Positions 1 through 12,739 of a stretch of 64,000 nucleotides of DNA are shown one piece after another. Position 1 is the stretch's first letter; each line of letters begins with the position of its first letter. The DNA is taken from assembly GCF_006345805.1 (NCBI RefSeq), contig NC_043019.1, positions 19,901,360 through 19,965,359 on the forward strand, given 5' to 3'. The translations under genes and the position numbers were made by a program. The notes under the pieces were generated by a model that had not been told where the DNA came from, did not search any database, and worked only from the letters and a program-made list of their open reading frames with translations. The DNA comes from Octopus sinensis. Its lineage: Eukaryota.

Positions 1-23
1 TCAGGTGCAAAAACCCTGCCAGG

Positions 24-242
24 GTGATGATTTTTACCTGCATGGCCTCTCATGGCAAAAAAATACCATTCTTTCTGAATATCCTGATGAAGGAAAACCC
101 CAACAAGTTCACATTCCAAAAAGATGGAGCTCCAACTCACACAAGTGCAATGGCTCAAAAGATTCTCAGGAATGAGTTTGGGAACAGGGTTTGCGCTAAG
201 GACAGTTATCCCCCTTCATCAGGATTGTCTCTGGCACTTTGA
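24..242 (+). mobile_element. Tc1/mariner-type transposase fragment (catalytic-domain remnant)
   Basis: Translation FTFQKDGAPTHTSAMAQKIL...CAKDSYPPSS matches the FQQDGAPAH...WPPSSPDLNP motifs of Tc1/mariner DDD/E transposases. It is truncated and decayed. Confidence 0.75.
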
Positions 243-774
243 AATAATATTTTAAGCTTCCTGTCAAACTTTATTCCAATCCTTTATGAACTCCCAATCA
301 TGAGCTATGGTTAGTCATTTATGAAAATGTCATTTTTATCCCTGATTAACTCCATGATTCTTCTGGTGAGCTTGGAGAGTAATCAACATTTTTCTTACTC
401 AAAGTAGAATACAATAATGTTAGAAAAACCTGATAATTCCATTAAATAAAAACCTCACTGACCACCTGGTAAAATTATTATTGATTGTTACCCTTTTTAC
501 CATTTTATTATAATTAATATTTGAATAAATTTACTCCATGATTGAAACTGTATTTATTGCAGTCTAGATCTTAACATACTACATGTGGGTATAAAAGCAA
601 GATGTGAATTCTATTTTGCAGTATATTGGTCATACGATGTCGCTGATAGCATGCATATTTTGAGACACTCGTAAATTTATGCTATAGAATACTGTCACTG
701 ATGAGAGCAGTTACAGTAAATATTTTTACTTTAAGCTTGAAACACAATCTCATACGTACTAAGAGACCGACATT

Positions 775-3700
775 GATCGCATTGACTGAAACATTTTTGG
801 GAGCCAAATGGCTCATTCACATAACCAATTGAGGTCTATATAGCGTAACGCAATGTCCAGAAAAAACTTTGTCCTGGAGGGTATCTGCAATGGTACATAT
901 GCTGCCATTGTCAATGTCAACATCTTTGTTGTCATCTTCCACAAATTTGCCACTGCCAACAAGTAGAATGTCTGTGGCAAATTTTTCTGACAATGGGTTG
1001 GCATTGATGTGTGCTCTCATGTTGGATTGTAGTCACAAAGTTATGACATGTCACCACAATGAGGATGACTTTAGACAGGCCATAACCTCATCTGCTCTCC
1101 ATTTGGAATGACTGGAAGTGTTTGCCTAAAATCTGCCGACTGTTACACCAACCATTGGTTCAAGTATTCCCATATATCTTGAAGTATCCTGTCCAGTGCT
1201 TCAAGAGCACCCTTGTGGGCCATTGTACACTCATCCATGACGATAAGGTGACATTTAGCAAGCAGTTGCCCTTTTTCGTGACGTTTTGGTGATGTTGCAA
1301 ACAGGCATAGGATAACTTGCAAGGTTAAGAGGAAGGCTGAAAGTGGAGTGAGCAGTCTGGCCCCCGCGAAGCAGAGTTGCAGCTATTCCAGATGCCACAA
1401 CCGCTATTGCAATGCGTTTGCGTAGTCTTACGTTGGCAAGAATGAGTTTTGTAACAAAGGTTTTGCCAGTCCCACCAGGAGCAACAAGAAAAAAGATGCC
1501 ACCTCTATGCTCACGAACTGATCGAATGATGGTGTCATATGCATGTCTATGGTCGGAAAGAAAATGTGGCTCGTTGACAACCACATACTGTGATAGCACG
1601 TCATTGTCATACATAGCCTCTTGTATTATTTCCGATGGAAGATTATTTACAGCAGAAAGCTCAGGTAGCAGGAGACTGTACATGCTCAAAGCACTGCCAC
1701 TAAAAGATAAAGTCATGCCTTCTATGTAAATGAGCAGCTGATTGTAGGTAGCCACTGTATAGCCTATGTTGATTGTTGGAAACTGTAGTTATGCAGCATG
1801 CCTATAATCATCAGCCAGGTTTCCCTGAAGTGACACCACAAGGTTTGGGGACAACTTGGTGTACAATTATGCAGTATCACGGTGAAGAGTGTTCTATGGT
1901 TTCCAGGTGATTTGGATATGACAGCATCTGCTTGGCAGGCCTCCCACTGTTCGTCATCCTCTAGAAGACCGTGATGGAGATATGCCTCTCTGTATGTTGC
2001 AAATGTGTGGCCGTCAACAGTTCACCTTAGAAACATGTGGGCCCCATGACCTCATGAAGAAGAAGACGAAGATGAAAGCAATCAGTTTCGTTTCAATGAA
2101 CAGTGTCCACGCACCTGAGGCAATCGTCAAACTTAATGCCATTGTATCCTTCAACAGGTTTGCCTGATTTTCTTCACCTCCAGGTTGTACCACGTGTAGT
2201 AGGACGGCACTTATGGGTATAGTAGTGTGCGTGCGAATGGGTCCAACAAAGTTTTAAAAAAGCAGTTAGAGTTGTATCTCCTGGCTCCTGTGCCAATTGG
2301 GCAGCATTGGCGTCGGTAATGTATACTCCTTAGCCGTGTTCCAGGTGTACAGCAAGCTGCACGACATCAGGACACCTTTTGTGTATTGGAAAACCAAAAA
2401 TACGCCAGAACACCTCATTGCTACAAATGTATCGTGTGGCCTGGTACTGGACGACCTCGTAATTTTGGATATCGCCTTGGAGGATAAACATAGCTGCATT
2501 AGATCCCTTGTTCACATATTTGCAAACGTACTTTATCAACTTTATGGAGTTGCAAAATTCAACGTTAATGTGCACTTTAAAGGTCTCTGAGAGGAGCAGG
2601 CAGTAAGGGACGATCCACCTATTGTCAACCTCGAATTTTCCTATGGATATGAGCCTGCCTTTGTAGTTGGCATTTATTTTAGTAGTTAGCCACAGAAGAG
2701 TATGGACATGCCGCATACCCCGAATTTTCCACTTCGCGGAAGACATGTAATACTGGACAGCATCAAATATCTCACCTTTTGTAAGAATATCCATGAATCT
2801 GAGTAGTTTGAGTCTGAAAACTCTGGTGATAATGTCAGGTGTATCATGGGCCTGTTGTCCAGGCAAGAGGCTCATTTGGATCTCCTTCCACTTTCTGTTG
2901 CAAGTGAATATTATACAAAAGTCTGGTCTGTTGTAATGTCAAACGTAAACCATGGCGTCCTCTGTCCTTTCATGCATGTAGCGTGGACCACCGGTGAAAA
3001 ATGGAGGTAGAATGCATTGTTGACCAACACTCCCCAGTGCCATGTTGTTGTTGTTGTTGCTGTCTCTGAGATTCAATCTTAACTGCATTATCAACTGTGT
3101 GTTGTTGAAAGAGGTCGTGTGAAAGGTGAAGGTGATTTAGGCTGGTTTCTCGAATTATGTAGTGGTAGGCACAGCATCCCATACAATTTACAGATTTGCT
3201 TGTAGAAGTGTTGCTTTCCATGGAAGTGTTTTGGGAAATTTGCAGCTGGAAGCCGTCTTCACCATATACATGCAGCAGTGGATAAGACCGATGAGTTTCA
3301 CAACTACATTGGAGCGCATCATTGCAATGTCGTAGAACAATGTCTCTGTTGTGGTGGCCATCCCCCTGCACAAGTACAGCAACTTCATTGCATGCAGGTA
3401 CGTTCTAGTGGCGAGAATGTTCTCCTAAAGGCCGTTTATCAGTGTTAACTACTAAAGTTAACTCTGGCGATATGGAGGCCTCTAGAGCATACCTGAAGCT
3501 GTGGACATAGCTGTTTGTCATGTGAATCATTTCCAGCAGCTAACGTATCAGAGCTATGTTTGTAGAGGGAGCTACGGCAAGTCTCTTGGCTGCCTGGTCA
3601 GCGTAGCCTCCCATGAAGTAGAGCTGAAGAAATTGAGGCGAGGCAGCGTCATGCAGCTGCAGGGAGCCAATTTTATGGTAAATCTTCCCCCTGCACTTTA

Positions 3701-4393
3701 AAGGGATGCATGAAATGCCCATCTCGTATGGTGTTGGCACTGAAGGAAGTCATTTGGAACGCGCAGTTGTGGGCATGTATCTGCTTGAGAATGTCATGAG
3801 AATAAGGAGACATCCCTGTCAAAAGATCCATCTAAAGAGGTGGAGGATCTTGTAGAAGAGGTACTGTAATTTTACTGTTGGAGCAGCACATGACGGGAGT
3901 TTCTCTAAGCCACTCTTTAGCCCCGCAAAATTAGCCTGATTGTGGACATGCAGCCTATTTGAATGTCAACGTGATTACTGTAGTTGAATACTGTCATTGA
4001 CGAACATGAGGAGGTTGGCCGTGAGTCGGAACGTCGTGCAGCCCTTTGCTGTATTGTAGCCTCCAGTCGTTGTTGCCTTTCCCTGTAGACTCTAGCATGT
4101 GCAGCAGCATCTCTTGTAAGTCGATCTGCGCATTATGCTGCAGTCTCTGAAGCTCTTGCAGAAGTAGTAGAGAAAGCATTTCTTGTTTGGTGTGCAGCTT
4201 GTTGCACAGCAATACGTGCTAACTGATCACAATGCTGCTCTTCACTTTCCCTTCTTCGTGCTGAAGCCATCCTAAGTGCATTGAGAGAGTTCCTCCTGGC
4301 AGCCTCCTCAGCAGGTTCATCTGCACGCATGCGTCTACTTTTCTTTGCACCGTTTGTTTGCCAACCTATATTGTATCTTTTGCGTTGAGGCAT
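775..4393 (-). mobile_element. Helitron RepHel pseudogene (HUH Rep + PIF1 helicase), multiply frameshifted
   Basis: Colinear - strand ORF pieces: N-terminus MPQRKR (4393), C-x-A-K...ETPVMCCSNSKI (~3900), GKIYHKIGSL...FLQLYF (3540-3740), RDIVL...ETHRSY and LFQQHTVD..VKIES (2970-3371), Rep HUH region KWKIRGMRHVHTLLWL, VDNRWIVPY, KYVCKYVNKG (2330-2875), helicase motif I APGGTGKT and ASGIAATLLRGGQTAHSTF (1255-1755), and WLCE*AILAPKN (~800-820). Termini were not confidently located. Confidence 0.92.
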
Positions 4394-5862
4394 TGTGGAA
4401 AATTATCAGTTTAACAAATAGCAAAAGTCCTAAGGCAAAAGTGGTGAATGTGTAGCACCCAGAAAATGGTAAAATGCAGTTGGCAAAAATGTTAATGAAG
4501 CAGACCGAATTAAAGCTTTTTAATTTTGGAGTTTTGAAATGGCTTAGTTTAAGTTGGAATAATTAAATGAAAAGAGCGCTCACATGAAATCAGAGGCAAA
4601 TGGTAACTTGCAATTGAATACTGCTGGCAGTGCTGTGCGAGCAGTCTAATTTTTTATTACCTGTAAAAGGCTATGAAGATGCTTGTTGACAAATATAGAA
4701 CAACAGAGACAATACAAAACGTGACAAAACATAAACTAAGGGAACTAAAAATTCCAAACAGAGGATGAAACAAGAAGAAAAAAAGAAAAGAAATGAATGA
4801 TGACAGAATGAAAATGAGGTGCAGCGCCCCACTCGACCCCCCCCACAGTTGAGTGGTTACATTTTTTACCAGTCTTCTATATATGTACATTATTTTTCAG
4901 ATTTTTTCTCTTTTTACATTTTCAAAGTTCACATTAATTTTTGCCAATCTTTCCTTTTTCTTTCAGAAAGTTCTTTTATCACTATTTTTCCAACCTCTCG
5001 TATTCCACTACAGAAGGTGAATCCTCATCCAACCAGAACTCATCTACCATTTTCACATGTTCAAAAGAAAATGCACCCATAAATCTCTCCCACTTTTCAT
5101 CAGGTATCCAAACACCTCTGTCATCCATATCCAAATCCCTCTCTTGGCAGCTTCACTCTCACCAGTCCCTGACATTTTGCAATTTTTTTCTCTTCTTCCA
5201 CACCCCTCTTTCCCTTCTTCCACACCCCTCTCATACACCACCAAGAAACCCTTTTATTTTTTATTCTTTTTTCTAAAAATCCCCTTGTAAACACGGTTAT
5301 AGAATGTGCATACTGATGTAAACATTGGCAGAAACACACCTTTAGTTCATATAAGTGATATCTATCATTATATATAATTTAAACATTAATTTTCTTCTTA
5401 CATTACACATTTACTAGATATATCTTTTTCCAAGACTTTATAGTTTTATTTAATTTACATATCGTTATATACTTCTCGTTTATTTTGGGTTTTTTTTCCT
5501 TTACCCCTCCTATTTCTATAGGCTACTTTTGACGTTATACCCTCTAACATTTTTTAAAACAAACTTAATAGTGTTCACTTAATCACTATACATATCCATC
5601 ATATTCCGTTAATGTGTCTTATTGACGAGTTTTTCGTTTCTTCACTTCCTTGAAGAGATTACATTGTTTTACACCATATCTTCGAAACATGTGTCAGAAG
5701 TAAAAGAATTTGAATAACACCTCCGTTTAACTCCATTTATTTATTTATATATATGTATATATATGTTTATCAGTTTGTTTTACAAGATTCCTGATGTGAA
5801 ATCGTGTGTTAAAATAAATATTGTATTTCAGGATAGTCATTATTTATTCATTTTCTGCCTAA

Positions 5863-6205
5863 TCATCATCATCATTGTTCGACCGTGGTTGAGACAATGG
5901 AATTTACCATGCTACGCCAGACTTCACGGTCCATCATGGCATTACGGAGGTCCTGTTGCTGGATGCCTGTATCCCTGGAGATTACATCAGGGTAGAAGAG
6001 TGTGCGCCCTCTGGTGTTGCGAGTAGATGGCTTCCAGAGGAGAAGAGTAGAAATTACTTCTTTTTCAGCTCTACAACAATGTCCAGCAAACTGGACTCTC
6101 CTACCTTTCACAAGAGATGACACAGGTGGTAGTTTCCCATATATTTGCATTTTGGTTGGATGGCGCCTCCACCAGAGATTTCTGCCTAATGAGCACAGAT
6201 ACTTT
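5863..6205 (-). mobile_element. 3' end of a non-LTR retrotransposon (RTE-X/L2-like C-terminus) with short (GAT)n tail
   Basis: ORF 5872-6150: RRVQFAGHCCR...LLLWKP...RGR...DREVWR is the typical LINE ORF2 C-terminus. The stop at 5872-5874 runs into a (CAT)n tract. It is 5'-truncated. Confidence 0.75.
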
Positions 6206-6516
6206 TCTTCTTCTTCTTCTTCCTCATTTGTTTATTACTGTTCTTATTTTATTATTTTAATGCCTGTCAATTGTCCAGAAATCTTTCATCATACATCTAT
6301 GACTTCTTCAGCGACACTTTTCATTTCCATTTGTGTTCTTGCTCCACTTACTCCATTCGAGAACAGCCAGGGTAACTGGTTGTAGATAAATGAGATAGCT
6401 AGCTGTAAATAAGCTAAAGAATCCCACCTAAATGCCAGAGTTGACCCCTGTGGTTACTGAAGATCTTTTTGTCTAAATAGTCACAACAGCATATCTTTTT
6501 TTTCTTTTTGTTTCAG

Positions 6517-6568
6517 GTTTCATGTTGATAAAGTTTCCTCTGCGCATGTCTACCTACGTCTACACAAG
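6517..6568 (+). CDS. CCDC25: CCDC25 coding exon (first visible; 52 nt) (W)FHVDKVSSAHVYLRLHK
   Basis: Polypyrimidine tract tttttgtttcAG acceptor and GTaact donor. The peptide is the signature FHVDKxSSAHVYLRL motif of CCDC25/NFACT-R proteins, and the phase joins the next exon. Confidence 0.95.
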
Positions 6569-8644
6569 GTAACTCCCTTTGTATTTTCCCATATTGTGTC
6601 CTCCTCACTTCCATTTCTGCTCTAACCACTTTGATTTATTCTCCCTGAATATCATCAACTCCAGGAATTTCTTCCTCTCTCATGATTTTCCTTCAGCTGT
6701 CAAACTTGCATTTATTTGAGAGGAACACCAATCATATCAGTTTTACTATTTGTCTGCAGAGATAGGCACAGCTCCTTCCTCTTAACCAAACCATAAAAAA
6801 AAAAGATTCCAGTCTAAATACCTTTGAAACTCTGATATAATGGCAGGGGATGCTTCTGAGTGCAAGTGCTCCGTCTTGGCTTTTAAGGTTAACATGAAGT
6901 CATCATTATCATCATCATCATTTAATTTCCTTTTTTTCCATGCTTGTGTGGGTTGGATGGTTCAACAGAAAACAATGAACCAGAGGGCTATACTAAGCAC
7001 CAACATCTGCATTGGAATGGTTTCTGCAGCTGAATGCCCTTCCTAATGCCTACAACTTTATACAGTGCACTACATGGTCCCAGCACTAGTGAGATTATCA
7101 AGTGATTAGACCAAATAAGACAAGGCCTCCTCGGCTGAGTGGGATATATTATTGAAGGATGTGAAAGTATGATAGAGGGATAGGGAAAGGGGTTTCGTTG
7201 AAGAGATGAATACAAATGTGAATAGGAGAGAGAGAGAGAGAGAGAACAGAGATAGAGGAACAGAAAAGATGGGTAAGTATGGAAGTGTGTGAGTGTTGAT
7301 TTGAGATTGGAACTGAGTATATAGGACATAAATCTTCATCTCAGTATGTGGAACCAGTTCCATGATAGGTAACATTCTCAGAGGGATAAATGAACTAGAG
7401 CAGTGCAGAATGAAGTGTTCTACCTAGAAGCACAAACAGTCATCTCTTGTGGGTTTTGAACTCAATGACCAATGAGTTGGCTACTCAATATTTAATCCAC
7501 TTTGCCATCTTGTCTCTATCCTATAGGCTATCAGCTATAATGACTGGGTACTTGTTATTGTGTAGCCCTTGGTGCAATGCTGCTTTTGTAGATAATCAAA
7601 AAATCTTTCAACCACAGCTAACCTGTCTTTCATTCAGACATTGTATTTCTAATATTTTGTTATCCCATGTAGCATTAAATATTGTCCTTTTTTTGAGACA
7701 ATAAACTATGTGATTTAAAGAAAATCTGACTTCCATTTCTAGCTGGTCAAGTGATAACATAGAACAGAGGTTTGGACCCTTATTCATCTTTGCAGTACAA
7801 GACTAAATTGCAGGTGTATAATGATTTGAAAGGATTCATTTATGCTCAGGAAAATAATTAACATTATGCAATTGAGGCAATATTGAATTAAAATAGCCAT
7901 CTATGTATCATACTTAACATATATTCACTATTGATAGGCCAGTTACTATGGTATTTGTGTTAAGATAACATTTCTTATGGATCTGATATGTTAAAAAATA
8001 ACTATCAGAGGGAGACAAAAATCACTCAAGAATTGGCTCGTGAGAATGTCAGACACACGTCAGCCTTTCTGAGCCTCCTCAATGTTATGTACTCACAGTC
8101 AGCTGCTGCTGCTGGGCTGATGTTTTTGTCTTACTCTTATCTTTATTGTTTTTAATACAGCATGTCCCATAAGAACTTTTGTCTCAGGATGAATAGTGGC
8201 AGCAACTGATATACATGAAGTATAATGCATAAATGGTTAATTAATCATTAATCTTAGCAATTTATAGTTTTGGAATTTGTGGTAAATTTCTCTTTAACTC
8301 TTGGATCTCAAAGTTTTTCATTTCATATTGGATTTTAGTGACTCTTTCATTCAAATTCGAATACAAGTAAGAACATCTTGCACACAGGTGAGGAGTTCCC
8401 TTATCCCTTTTGTAAAGGCTCTCTTCTTGGTATATTGGAGATATCGTTTACTGCTAGATTTTTCTCCCACTTTCTTTTCTTCTTTTTCTCCTTCCTTTCC
8501 TTCTTTTGCTCTTTTTTTCTTTCTTCTATTGCAACAACACTCTACTCATTTCATCCAAGTGTATTTGTGTGAGGTAACAAATGCTGTTGTTTCTATCAAG
8601 TCAAACAGTCCTGTAAAGTTTCTTCATGGTGTAGTGGTTATCAT

Positions 8645-8983
8645 AAAGGGTAAAGACCCCCTTCGGTCATGAGTGACCATGGGTTTGCACCTTGAGAGTT
8701 ACCCTCTGAGGCACAAGTCTGGGCAAGGTTGTTTTATGGAAGACCAGTAGTCGCCCATGCATACTGGCCTCCCCTCTCCACGCCACCAGTGTTATCCAAG
8801 GGAAAGACAAAGGTCGATACAGCTTGGCACCAGTGATGTCACAACTCATTTCTACAGCTGAGTGAACTGGAGCAACGTGAAATAAAGTGTCTTGCTCAAG
8901 AACACAACACGCAGCCCGGTCCGGGATTCGAGCTCACAACCTCACGATCGTAAGCTCGACGCTCTAACCACTGAGCCATGCGC
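8645..8983 (-). mobile_element. tRNA-derived SINE (family B), near full length
   Basis: The - strand head GCGCATGGCTCAGTGGTTAGAGCG (A box) ... GAGCTCGAATCCC (B box) is followed by a body shared with the copies at 10043 and 56034. Confidence 0.85.
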
Positions 8984-9157
8984 TAGTGCTGTTATAATTT
9001 GTAGGATTTTCAATTCAGAACTTAGTGGTAACTGAAAATTGCAAGGTCTTTTGTTCGACCCGCAATCCACTGCCCTTTTAAACCTTGAAAGGTAACATAG
9101 ACACAGTCACATTTGTTTTATCTAATCTATTTTCTGTTTTCATCTTGTTTTCAATAG

Positions 9158-9233
9158 GGAGACTCAATAGACGACATCCCACAGACTGTGATTGATGACT
9201 GTGCTCAGTTAGTCAAAGCAAACAGCATCCAAG
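9158..9233 (+). CDS. CCDC25: CCDC25 coding exon (76 nt) GDSIDDIPQTVIDDCAQLVKANSIQG
   Basis: ttttcaatAG acceptor and GTgagg donor. Conserved DCAQLVKANSIQG motif; phase 0 in, phase 1 out. Confidence 0.95.
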
Positions 9234-10042
9234 GTGAGGAGCCAATCTGGCAACATCTTTTCTTTTTGTTTCATTTCAGAATCAGCATTATAACTATTTT
9301 ATATGCACATGCATGGCCATGTGGTTTCAGGTGGCACATGAAGTTTCACTACTAGCTCTCACTGTGTATACAACCATGTACTGCCATCCGTTGGTATGCT
9401 ACAGAATTAGTCTGGGAATTTTTGATACCACCTCATATGGTAGATGTGCTGGTTGCCATCAGTGGTTGTGTTTCTGGTAAATTTATATCATTCATGGTGG
9501 CCTTTATTCTTGTTATAAAGCCTTTCTCAAATATTAGTTCTAAATAAATGGGATAGCCTTCACTGAACCAAGACATTGTATAACACAATGTCTGTGGTGG
9601 ACTACACCAGTTTTATTCACTATGGCTACTCCCATTTATGGCAGTCACAACAAACTGGGGGTTTTTTTGTCAGTTAACTACTATGAACACTAATTCTCTC
9701 GGATAATCACCATTGCCATATATCTTTCACCCAACAATCTTTTCTATGGCATCCTCAGATAATTTGTTACCATTAATGGCAACCTCGAATATCAATGAAC
9801 TTTCATAATTGTTATTGAGAATCATCCTCATCAACTCTCCCTCTCTGCTACTTAGGAAATCCTTAACTCTTTTGTTACCAAATTTCTACTGAATTGCACA
9901 TTCATCATCATCATCATCATCATCATTTAATGTCTGCCTTCCATACTAGCATGAGTCTATATTTCAATTAATCTTGAAAAGAAATAATGGAGAATGTAGT
10001 AAAATAACTTTATCATTATTAAGCTGGTATTTGGAATATAGT

Positions 10043-10380
10043 GAAGGCACATGACTCAGTGGTTAGAGTATCAGGCTCACAATCATGAGGTACTGAGTTC
10101 AATTCCCTGACCGAGCTGTGTGTTGTGTTCTTGAACAAGACACTTTATTTCACATTGCTCCAGTTTATTCAGCTGTTGAAATGAGTTGCAACGTCATTGG
10201 CACCAAGCTGTATCAGCCTTTGTCTTTCCCTTGGATAACATTGATGGTGTGGAGAGAGGAAACTGGTATGCATTGGTGACTGCTGATCTTCCATGAATAA
10301 CCTACCCTAGACTTATGCCTAAGAGGGGAACATTCTAGATGTAATCTCGTGGTCATTCATCACCAAAAGTGAACTTTTAC
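10043..10380 (+). mobile_element. tRNA-derived SINE (family B), diverged, inverted relative to the 8645-8983 copy
   Basis: GAAGGCACATGACTCAGTGGTTAGAG...GAGTTCAATTCCC...TGTGTTCTTGAACAAGACACTTTATTTCAC is colinear with the reverse complement of 8645-8983. Confidence 0.85.
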
Positions 10381-10909
10381 TTTCCATTTGGAATATAAAT
10401 TAACATAAAGTTTTGTTAGATTTTTATTTAATTTTGTTGTATTTTGGGAAGGTCATTACACCACTTGATTGTTTGATTAACCATTTCTTTAGTCAATTTG
10501 TCAAAGTCCTTTCATTACCATTTGTAATTTCATCAGTGATGAGCCGTCAAATCAAACCTGAAACAGAGAGGTTGCAAATGATGAAAGGACTTTAACAAAC
10601 CTAACTGATTGATTGATTAAGCAAATGATTAATTATACAATCGATTGGTTAATTGTTCAGGGTTAGGTTTACTGACAAATAAATACTAAAGAAGTGAATT
10701 AGAACCAGTGTGTGCATTTATTATTGGTATAATGACCCTCCCAAGATACAACAAATTATATTTCAACTCGTGAATTCACATCTAGAACCTTGCAAACCAA
10801 ATTACAAAAATGAAATATTTTAAATAAGAAACTTATATCACAGAACCAGGGGCAATTTTGATTGGTTGGAATCAAGTGAGTTAGTACTGATGTTGTCTTT
10901 TATTTGCAG

Positions 10910-11013
10910 GCAACAAAATGAACAATGTAGATGTAGTTTATACAATGTGGAGTAACCTGAAGAAAACACCAAGTATGGATGTGGGGCAGGTTGGATTTAA
11001 TTCAGAAAAAGAG
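10910..11013 (+). CDS. CCDC25: CCDC25 coding exon (104 nt) [34 protein letters not shown]
   Basis: tttatttgcAG acceptor and GTcagt donor. Conserved VVYTxWxNLKKT...MDVGQVGF motif; phases consistent. Confidence 0.95.
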
Positions 11014-12094
11014 GTCAGTATTTTTTTTAATGATTTTGTCCCAAACAAGAGATGAAAAATAGGCCTACAGATTCAAGATATGTTGATAGACAGAAGGTTT
11101 AAAGGACTGAATATCAAAGAAGATGATGGTAGTGAGTTACAGAGAGCAGCATTTCAAGGAAAGAAGCTCTTTGAATAAAAGGATTTATGGCAAAAAAAGC
11201 TTAACAGTGAAATGTTGCACTTGAGAAGAGAAGCATGTGATATATCTAAAGATCTTAACAAAGGGCATTAGACCAGTGATCATGGAAATACAGAAAAAAC
11301 ACAACAAAGATTCATTTCAATGATGAGCCAAAGATTCCAACTAAGTAGGAAGAAGAGAAACCAGTCTATTAACAATTCAATTCTAAATTTGATTATGCGA
11401 GTTAGGATTATATGTCTCTCTCTCTTTTTTCTTCTTTTTTATATATTTTGTTTATTTTAAATTTCTGATGATATTAAGTAACCTTATGTCCTCCCGCAGC
11501 AAAGCAAAATACCTCAGCTTATCCTATATATTATGTAGATGGTGTCACAGAATTATTTTAATTTTTAACACAGACGTTGGGGATGTATCCCCATTGTATG
11601 TGTAAATTTACTTAACGATTTGTTTACTAACCCTAACTTCTCAGAACTGAAGGTACAGTTCTGTTGACGTTTAATATAGATCAAGAATTGTGCCCCTTGC
11701 CAGAAAATGGAAACCAAAATATTGTTGGTTGTCAACAATTCTTTCCTTTTCATTGCTTGTTCACCCTACTTCACTCTTTTAAAGTTCCACACAAGTACAC
11801 TGCTATACATACTCCTAATTATATGATACATGCACACACAATTTTTATAATTTTGTTTTCCCATACTAGCATGTCTTAGACATAAAAATTGAGGCAGGAT
11901 TTCTAAATCTGAATGCACTCTTTGTCACCCATTTCTTTTTTTTCTTTCTAAGACATTTTTTTTAAATCTCAGAATAATTTGAAAGCAGAGTGTTGGTTTA
12001 TGATTAGCTGATTGGAAAGGTCAATTTTGTTGACATTTCTAATCAGCTTGTTGCAGCCCAGCCACAAAAATATGTTATTGTCTGTAGCTGTGCT

Positions 12095-12436
12095 GCAGCA
12101 GTGTCACTGGAAGGCTGCACCAGGCTCCACTCTGATCTGGCAAGGTTTCTGCATCTGGATGCCCTTCCTAACGCCAACCACTCCAAAGTGTAGTGGGTGC
12201 TTTTTACATGCCACTGGCACGGGAGGTAGCATTGGCATCAACCATGCTTAAATGGTGCTTTTTACATGCCATGGATTACTTTTTATGGCATGCTCAAATG
12301 GTGCAATTTATGTGTCATTGGCAGGGGAGCTAGTCAGGTGGCACTGGCATCAACCATGCTCAAATGGTGCTTTTTATGTGCCACCACCATGGAAGCCAGT
12401 CAGGCAGCACTTGCATTGACCATGCTCAAATGGTGC
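12095..12436. repeat. Dispersed repeat (family D, GGATGCCCTTCCTAACGCCAACC core) with internal degenerate ~55-bp subrepeats
   Basis: Core shared with 6901-7100, 22487-22640 and (inverted) 15800-16190. The motif TGGTGCTTTTT(A)CATGCC...CAACCATGCTCAAA recurs several times. Confidence 0.7.
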
Positions 12437-12462
12437 TATATATATATATATATGTATATGTA

Positions 12463-12499
<37 letters not shown>

Positions 12500-12739
12500 A
12501 TCCCTGTAAAAAATTTTTTTTTGTCATTCTGTCTCTTTTTTCTCCTCTTAATCCTCTCTGTTGAAGAATGCAAGCTCAAAACATGAAAGACTTTTCCATT
12601 CTTCCCAAGCATTAAACTAATACACAGTGTTGAGGCTAAATTTGCATAAAAAGAAAACACAATATCCCATCCCAAAATAAAAGTATTTTTTTTTAAATCC
12701 TAAAATATCAACTAAATTATGGTTGGCAAATAACAGTTT

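Noticed and set aside
563-567. CTAG as Helitron 3' terminus
   Set aside because: It is not followed by T on the element strand and I saw no subterminal hairpin.
697-760. CTGATGA-GAGC...GCTT-GAAAC hammerhead-like core
   Set aside because: The core and stem II are plausible, but I could not find stem I or stem III partners in any permutation.
1-6516. Missing first CCDC25 exons (MVxYF..., MGxDKYE, NExLIKxGWPEDxW)
   Set aside because: No matching peptide with splice sites was found. TATGAAAATG at ~320 lacks the surrounding motif, so these exons are presumed upstream of the window.
8301-8672. 123-aa ORF and its purine-rich antisense strand
   Set aside because: Low-complexity F/L/S-rich translation with no motif. 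The opposite strand has many stops.
8900-8983. tRNA genes at SINE heads (also 10043, 21985, 30090, 31603, 56280, 59981)
   Set aside because: A and B boxes are present, but they continue into shared non-tRNA bodies and lack an acceptor stem, so they are SINEs.
11575-11665. Small hairpins TGGGGA-tgta-TCCCCA and CAGAACTG-aaggta-CAGTTCTG
   Set aside because: 6-8-bp stems are expected by chance in 64 kb, and there is no supporting context.
12266-12675. YIYIYI / CVCV / NNNN / TTTT ORFs (also 18554-18992, 29223-29544, 29862-30599, 31305-31596)
   Set aside because: Translations of (TA)n, (TG)n, (TAA)n and (ACC)n microsatellites.
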